From positions 133,396-197,395 of the forward strand of contig CAVYBH010000017.1 in NCBI GenBank assembly GCA_963766715.1: a DNA stretch of 64,000 bases. The letters are read 5' to 3'. The position numbers were made by a program, and so were the translations under genes. Shown here one piece after another: positions 58,724-64,000 of this stretch. Source of the DNA: an uncultured delta proteobacterium. Lineage in GTDB: Bacteria; Myxococcota; Myxococcia; Myxococcales; Anaeromyxobacteraceae. Below the pieces are notes generated by a model. That model had not been told where the DNA came from. It saw nothing but the letters and a program-made list of their open reading frames with translations, and ran no database searches. The stretch's first letter is position 1. Every line of letters begins with the position of its first letter.

Positions 58724-59839
58724 CTGTCGCCCCCCAGGAAACGCCCCGCCAAGAAGCCCGTTCCCGCCGAGGCCCCCCGCGCCGAAACCGAGACGGGGGT
58801 CGACTCCGCCGCGGGCACGGACGTCGAGCAGGCCGACGCCCCGGAGCCGGAGGTGGTCGAGCCCGAGGTCGTGGACGCCGACGCGGTCCTGCCGGACGTG
58901 CTCGACCTCGAGGAAGAGCCCGAGATCGTCGTCCCGGCCAAGCTGGCCGAACCCTCGGGGACCAGCCTCGCACGCTCCGACCCCCTGCGGGCCTACATGG
59001 CCGAGGTGACGCGCCATCCCCTCCTCTCCCGGGAGGAGGAGCTCAATCTCGCGCAGCGCTACGCCCGCACCGGCGATCGGGACGCGGCCTGGAAGCTCGT
59101 CACCGCCAACCTCCGGCTGGTGGTCAAGATCGCCCGGGAGTACCACCGCGGCATGTTCCAGCTCCTCGACCTGATCCAGGAGGGGAACGTCGGGCTCATG
59201 CAGGCGGTGAAGAAGTTCGACCCGCTGAAGGGCGTGAAGCTCTCCACCTACGCGGCCTGGTGGATCAAGGCGTACATCATCCGCTTCATCATGGACAACT
59301 GGCGCCAGGTGAAGCTCGGGACCACCCAGGCGCAGCGCAAGCTCTTCTTCAACCTGGCCAAGGAGCGGGAGCGGCTGCTGTCCCGCGGCATCGACCCGAC
59401 CCCGCGCCTGCTCGCTCGAAACCTCCGGGTCGACGAGAGCGACGTCATGGAGATGAGCGCGCGGATGGCGGGCGACGACCTCTCGCTCGACCAGCCGCTG
59501 CGCGGCGACGAGGGGGACACCTCCACGACCCGCCTCGACCGGATGGAGGACGGCGCGGCCCGGGCCGACGAGTCGCTGGGCGACGACCAGGTCCGCCGGC
59601 TCTTCCGGGAGAAGCTCGAGGCCTTCGGCCAGACCCTCACCGACGAGCGGGAGAAGGAGATCTTCGCCAGGCGGCTGCGCCCGCCCGAGGGAGAGGCGCC
59701 CGCGACCCTGTCCGATCTCGGCGCCCGCTTCGGGCTGACCCGCGAGCGGGCCCGCCAGATCGAGGCCAAGCTCACCGCCCGCCTGCGCGAGTACATGCAG
59801 GCGGAGATCCCCGACTTCCACCTGCTGGGCCCGGAGTAG
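58724..59839 (+). CDS. Sigma32-like RNA polymerase sigma factor (start uncertain)
   Basis: NLRLVVKIA, DLIQEGN, YAAWWI, RpoH box QRKLFFNL, TRERARQIE. Confidence 0.9.
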   Translation: MSPPRKRPAKKPVPAEAPRAETETGVDSAAGTDVEQADAPEPEVVEPEVVDADAVLPDVLDLEEEPEIVVPAKLAEPSGTSLARSDPLRAYMAEVTRHPLLSREEELNLAQRYARTGDRDAAWKLVTANLRLVVKIAREYHRGMFQLLDLIQEGNVGLMQAVKKFDPLKGVKLSTYAAWWIKAYIIRFIMDNWRQVKLGTTQAQRKLFFNLAKERERLLSRGIDPTPRLLARNLRVDESDVMEMSARMAGDDLSLDQPLRGDEGDTSTTRLDRMEDGAARADESLGDDQVRRLFREKLEAFGQTLTDEREKEIFARRLRPPEGEAPATLSDLGARFGLTRERARQIEAKLTARLREYMQAEIPDFHLLGPE

Positions 59840-59840
59840 C

Positions 59841-60545
59841 GTGGACGCCGGGGGCCCGGCGCCGGCCGGGAATCCCGTACGGCGCCTCTCCCGCTGGGGA
59901 TGGGCCGCGCTCGGCGCGGCCGTGGTCGTCGCGAACCTCCCCCTCCTCGGGCTTCCCTTCCGCGGAGAGCCCGGGACGAGCGTCCCCGGCCCCGCCTACG
60001 CCGACGCCTTCGACCGATCCGAGGTCGGGCCGGACTGGGGATCGACGGGGGGAAGCGCCTGGTCGATCCGCGACGGGGCGCTCTGGGGCGCCGGCACCCG
60101 GAACGATCCGCTCTGGCTCCGCATGCGCCTGCCGCGCGACGTCGCGATCGACTTCACCGCGCGGAGCGAGACCAGGACGGGCTCCCGCCCGGGCGACATC
60201 AAGATCGAGGTCTTCGGAGACGGCCGCGACCACGCCTCCGGATACGTGCTCGTCTTCGGCGGCTGGGGAAACGCGATCTCCGTCATCGCGCGCCAGGACG
60301 AGCACGGGGCCGACCGGGTCGAGCGCAGGGACCGCAAGGTCGAGATCGGCAGGACCTACCGGATGCGCGTCGAGCGCCGCGGAACGACCCTGCGCTGGCT
60401 CGTCGATGGCGAGCCCTTCCTGTCCCTCGACGACCCTCACCCGCTCGAGGGACCGGGGCACGACCGCTTCGCCTTCTCGTCCTGGGACGCGGATCTCGTC
60501 TTCGACAATCTGCGAATCGAGCCGTTGCCGCGAGCGGCTGACTAG
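59841..60545 (+). CDS. Hypothetical exported protein, beta-sandwich/concanavalin-like
   Basis: N-terminal TM; DAFDR, FDNLRIEP; fold is inferred. Confidence 0.65.
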   Translation: MDAGGPAPAGNPVRRLSRWGWAALGAAVVVANLPLLGLPFRGEPGTSVPGPAYADAFDRSEVGPDWGSTGGSAWSIRDGALWGAGTRNDPLWLRMRLPRDVAIDFTARSETRTGSRPGDIKIEVFGDGRDHASGYVLVFGGWGNAISVIARQDEHGADRVERRDRKVEIGRTYRMRVERRGTTLRWLVDGEPFLSLDDPHPLEGPGHDRFAFSSWDADLVFDNLRIEPLPRAAD

Positions 60546-61238
60546 CTCGCCTCGGCCGCGTCGGCCGCTGGGCCCCTCGGCGCCTCGCGCTTCCCGGCCG
60601 GTCCGGCTGCGCCCCTGCCCCAGGCACGGGGGAACTGGAAGGCCGCTCCGGCCACCGCCAGGATCACCGCCGCGGCCAGGATGGCGACCGGGTGGTCGAG
60701 GAGGGCTCGACCGGCGCCCGTGGGCCGCAGGGCGCCGGTGGCGCCCAGCGCCACGGCCAGTGCGCCCACCGTCGCCGCGACCACCGAGGCGACGAGCCGG
60801 GCGAGAAGGAACCCCACCACGGCGCCCAGCGCGGCGCCCACCGCCAGCACCTCGAGGCGGCGGTCGGGAGGCGCGAAGAGGCCGGCGAGGAGCGCGCCCG
60901 GCAGCGCGCCCGCCAGGGCGGGGAAGAGCTGCGGCAGGAGCGCGGCGACCGCCCCGGCGACCGCGGCGGAGATCACCGCGAACGTGGACGGCGTGAGCCC
61001 CAGCGCCTCCCCGAGCGGTGCGCCGAGCGCGGCGGCGGCTGCCGCGGCGACGCCGGCCGCGCCGAGCGCCGCGACCGGCCGCCTCGGTCGCGCCACCGAA
61101 GAGGAGGATCCCGAGACCCGCCAGGACGACCGCCGCTGCGACGGGCCAGGGCGCGGCCCCGACCTCGCCAGCCACCCCGGCGGCCCACCTCCCGGCCTCG
61201 TGGACCGCGCTGCCCAGGCCGTCGAGCGCGCCGCTCAT
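60542..61238 (-). CDS. Hypothetical membrane protein (frameshift ~61095)
   Basis: Gly/Ala-rich TM helices; ATGA overlap with upstream ORF. Confidence 0.65.
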
Positions 61239-61477
61239 CGATGCCAGAGGCCGGCGATGGCCACCGCGGCCAGGAACGCGAGCCCCGCGACGAACGACCA
61301 GACCGCGGTCGGTCCGGGGCGAAGGCGCGCGAGCACCCGCCCCGCCGCGTCGCGCTCCGCGTCCGTCCCGGACGCCGCCAGCGCGACGGCCTCGACGCGT
61401 GCCTGCCGCCAGTCTCCTGCGGCGAGAAGTCCCTCGAGCCGCTCGTCGGCGGCGCCTCTTCGTTCCTTGCGAGCCAC
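61235..61477 (-). CDS. Small hypothetical protein with C-terminal TM
   Basis: 80-aa ORF with a -10 element 6 nt before the GTG. Confidence 0.6.
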   Translation of the reverse strand: MARKERRGAADERLEGLLAAGDWRQARVEAVALAASGTDAERDAAGRVLARLRPGPTAVWSFVAGLAFLAAVAIAGLWHR

Positions 61478-61561
61478 GGGGGAAATCTAGCAGAGGTGTA
61501 GTACTGTCGCGACCGCCGGGTGATGGAATTCAGCGCCCGGCATCCCGGTTCCCCTCGCGCC

Positions 61562-62311
61562 ATGCGCCGACGCACCTTCCTCCAGATGGCCGCCCTGGGC
61601 GCCGGCTCGCTCGCCCTGCCCCGCGCGGCTCGCGGCATGGGGGACGCCTCCCGCGTCGCCATCGGGCAGATCGAGCACGGGGGGCGCTGGAATCCCCGGC
61701 CCTCGGCCCTGCGGCGCCTCTCCTGGGAACTGGCGCAGCGCACCAGCATCGACGCCGCGGCCGACGGCGACGCGGTCCGCCTCGCGGGGCCCGCCGTCCA
61801 CCTCCACCCGTTCCTCTACCTGGCAGGCGACGGCGCCATGCCGCCCTTCCCCGACGCCGACCTGGGGGTGCTCCGCCGGCACCTCCAGTACGGCGGGTTC
61901 CTCCTGGTGGACGCCGCCGACGGCTCGGACGGCACCGGGTTCGACGCGTCGGTCCGGCGCGAGCTCCAGCGGCTCCTGCCGGCGTCGCCCCTGGCCCGGA
62001 TCCCGCGGGAGCACGTGCTCTACAAGAGCTTCTACCTGCTCGACCACCAGGGCGGGCGCGTGCTCACCCGCCCCTGGCTGGAAGGCCAGGTGGTGAACGG
62101 ACGGCTGGCCGTCGTCTACTCCCAGAACGACCTGGGAGGGGCCTGGGCTCGCGGGCAGCTCGGTGACTGGGAGTACGATTGCACACCGGGGGGAGAGCCC
62201 CAGCGCGAGACCGCCTTCCGCCTGGGCGTGAACCTGGCCATGTACGCCCTCTGCACCGACTACAAGGACGACGCCGTCCACCTCCCCTTCATCCTGCGGC
62301 GCCGGAGCTAG
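61562..62311 (+). CDS. DUF4159 protein with Tat-like signal
   Basis: MRRRTFLQ, HPFLYLAG, YGGFLLVD, NDLGGAW, LGVNLAMYALCTDYKDD. Confidence 0.85.
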   Translation: MRRRTFLQMAALGAGSLALPRAARGMGDASRVAIGQIEHGGRWNPRPSALRRLSWELAQRTSIDAAADGDAVRLAGPAVHLHPFLYLAGDGAMPPFPDADLGVLRRHLQYGGFLLVDAADGSDGTGFDASVRRELQRLLPASPLARIPREHVLYKSFYLLDHQGGRVLTRPWLEGQVVNGRLAVVYSQNDLGGAWARGQLGDWEYDCTPGGEPQRETAFRLGVNLAMYALCTDYKDDAVHLPFILRRRS

Positions 62312-62314
62312 CAC

Positions 62315-64000
62315 CTGGGACCGGTCCACGAGACCTGGCGGCTCGCCCTCCTCTCTCCCTGGCCGCGCGGGGTCCTGGTCGCGGCCGCGCTGGCCGCGCT
62401 CGCGTCCGTGCTGCTCGCCTGGCGGGGGCTCCGCGGGCGAGCCGAGACCCGGGCGGCGCGCCGCCCTGCTCTCCCTTCGCGCGCTCGCCGCGCTGGCCGC
62501 GCTCTTCCTGCTCGCCGAGCCCGCGCTGCGGGTCGTGCAGACCGCCCGCGTCCGGAGCCGGGTGGCGGTCCTCGTCGATCGCTCCCGCTCGATGAACTTC
62601 CCGGTCGAGCGCGGCGGGGAGACGAGGACCGAGGCCGCCGCCCACTTCCTCTCGGCCAGCCGGCCGGGGCTCGAGGCGCTGGCCGCCGAGGCCACGGTGG
62701 AGGGCTGGGGCTTCGCGCGCGACGCCTGGCCTGCCGACCTGGCCGCGCTGTCCCGGCCCGAGCCGGGGACGGGCGGCGCCACCGACATCCTGGGCGCCCT
62801 CCGCGGCGCTGCGGGAGGGTCGGGAGCTCCGGGAAGGCGCCTGGCCGGGGTGCTGCTGGTCTCGGACGGCGCCGACAACGGCGCGCTCGCCGGCGGGCTC
62901 TCCGGCCAGGCCCGCGCCGACCTGCTCGCGCTCGGCGTGCCGGTCAACGTGGTGGCCGTCGGCACCGACGCGCCGCGGGACCTGGCCATCGAGCGGGTGG
63001 CCGTCGACGACTTCGCCTTCGTCCGCAGCACCATCACCGTCGAGGCCACCCTGCGCGCCCGGGGCTTCGGCCGCGAGGACGTGAAGGTGGTGCTGCGCCG
63101 CGAGGGGCAGGTGGTGGCGCAGGCCAGCGTGAAGCTCGAGCCGGGCAAGGAGGTCTACCAGGTGCCCCTCGCCTTCGCCCCGGACACCACCGGCACCTTC
63201 GTGCTCACCGTCGCCACCCCGGTCCTCCCGGGCGAGGCGGTGGCGGAGAACAACTCGCGTTCCTTCGTCCTGCGCGTCATCCGGGACCGGGTGCGGGTGC
63301 TGCTCGTGGCCGGGCGCCCGAGCTGGGACGAGCGCTTCCTGCGAGGGCTGCTCAAGCAGGACCCGAACGTGGACCTGGTGTCCTTCTTCATCCTCCGGAC
63401 CGCTGGCGACAATCCCGGGCCGCAGGATCAGCTCTCCCTGATTCCCTTCCCGGTGGCGGAGATCTTCGGCGAGCAGCTGCGCACCTTCGACGCGGTGATC
63501 TTCCTCGACTTCGCCTTCCAGCCCTACCGGTCCCTCGACATCGAGCGCTTCCTGCCCAACCTTCGCGAGTACGTCCGCGGCGGCGGCGCCTTCGCGATGG
63601 TGGGAGGCGACCAGTCGTTCGCCCAGGGGCACTACGCGGGCACCCCCATCGCCGACGTCCTGGCGGTGAACCCGGCGGACGGCATGGGAGACACGGCGGA
63701 ACCGTTCCGCCCCCGGCTCACCGCGGAGGGACGCCGGCACCCGGTCACCTCGCTCGCGCCCGGGGAGGCCGCCAACGAGGCCGCCTGGAACGGGCTGCCT
63801 CCGCTTCCCGGCCTCAACTTCACCGCGCCGCTCGGCCCGGCGGATGGCGCCCGGGTGCTGCTCGAGGCCCCCACCCTGCTCGTGGGCGGCCGCCCGGCGC
63901 CGGTGGTGGCGGTCCGGGAGGTGGGAGCCGGACGTTCACTTGCAGTCATGACCGACGCCACCTGGTACTGGGGCTTCGTGGCCGCCGGCGACGGCCAGGG
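62315..64000 (+). CDS. Membrane protein with vWA-like and glutamine-amidotransferase-like domains; partial, frameshift ~62435
   Basis: Manual translation: TM, VDRSRSM, VSDGADN, GEAVAENN, VLLVAGRPSWDERFLR, FFILRT, LIPFP. Confidence 0.75.
   Translation, partial: MGPVHETWRLALLSPWPRGVLVAAALAALASVLLAWRGLRGRAETRAARRPALPSRARRAGRALPARRARAAGRADRPRPEPGGGPRRSLPLDELPGRARRGDEDRGRRPLPLGQPAGARGAGRRGHGGGLGLRARRLACRPGRAVPARAGDGRRHRHPGRPPRRCGRVGSSGKAPGRGAAGLGRRRQRRARRRALRPGPRRPARARRAGQRGGRRHRRAAGPGHRAGGRRRLRLRPQHHHRRGHPARPGLRPRGREGGAAPRGAGGGAGQREARAGQGGLPGAPRLRPGHHRHLRAHRRHPGPPGRGGGGEQLAFLRPARHPGPGAGAARGRAPELGRALPARAAQAGPERGPGVLLHPPDRWRQSRAAGSALPDSLPGGGDLRRAAAHLRRGDLPRLRLPALPVPRHRALPAQPSRVRPRRRRLRDGGRRPVVRPGALRGHPHRRRPGGEPGGRHGRHGGTVPPPAHRGGTPAPGHLARARGGRQRGRLERAASASRPQLHRAARPGGWRPGAARGPHPARGRPPGAGGGGPGGGSRTFTCSHDRRHLVLGLRGRRRRPG

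Overview
This 64 kb window is very GC-rich and its gene content and order (cdnL-ispDF-cysS-uvrB-uvrC, DUF6178, sigma32-like factor, AMIN and FHA proteins) fit a Myxococcota chromosome, most likely Anaeromyxobacter-like; the taxon is my inference. It is mostly core genome: DNA repair, MEP pathway, purine/serine/folate/glycine-cleavage metabolism, envelope (lptD, mltG, transglycosylase, M23, TonB) and translation (infA, rpmB, DEAD helicase). Many essential genes carry single-base frameshifts, often in G/C runs, which I read as long-read consensus errors. These make several ORF-track entries false fusions, so I give reconstructed gene boundaries. I saw no rRNA, tRNA, CRISPR array, IS, integrase or prophage. 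The most interesting signals: (1) an orphan two-gene module behind a sigma54-type promoter, encoding a hydrophobic protein with a type III needle/Bsp22-like C-terminus plus a SycD/LcrH-like TPR chaperone; (2) an FmdB zinc-ribbon gene whose apparent UGA stop is followed 11 nt later by a bacterial SECIS-like hairpin (probable selenoprotein); (3) a cold-shock-protein C-terminal remnant inside the structured infA leader; (4) a CarH B12 photoreceptor with 11-bp-spaced repeats facing a lone SRPBCC gene; (5) an antisense sigma54 motif and hairpins between cdnL and ispDF; (6) a recurring -10/N6/start leaderless architecture. Family assignments come from motif recognition by eye; no database searches were run.
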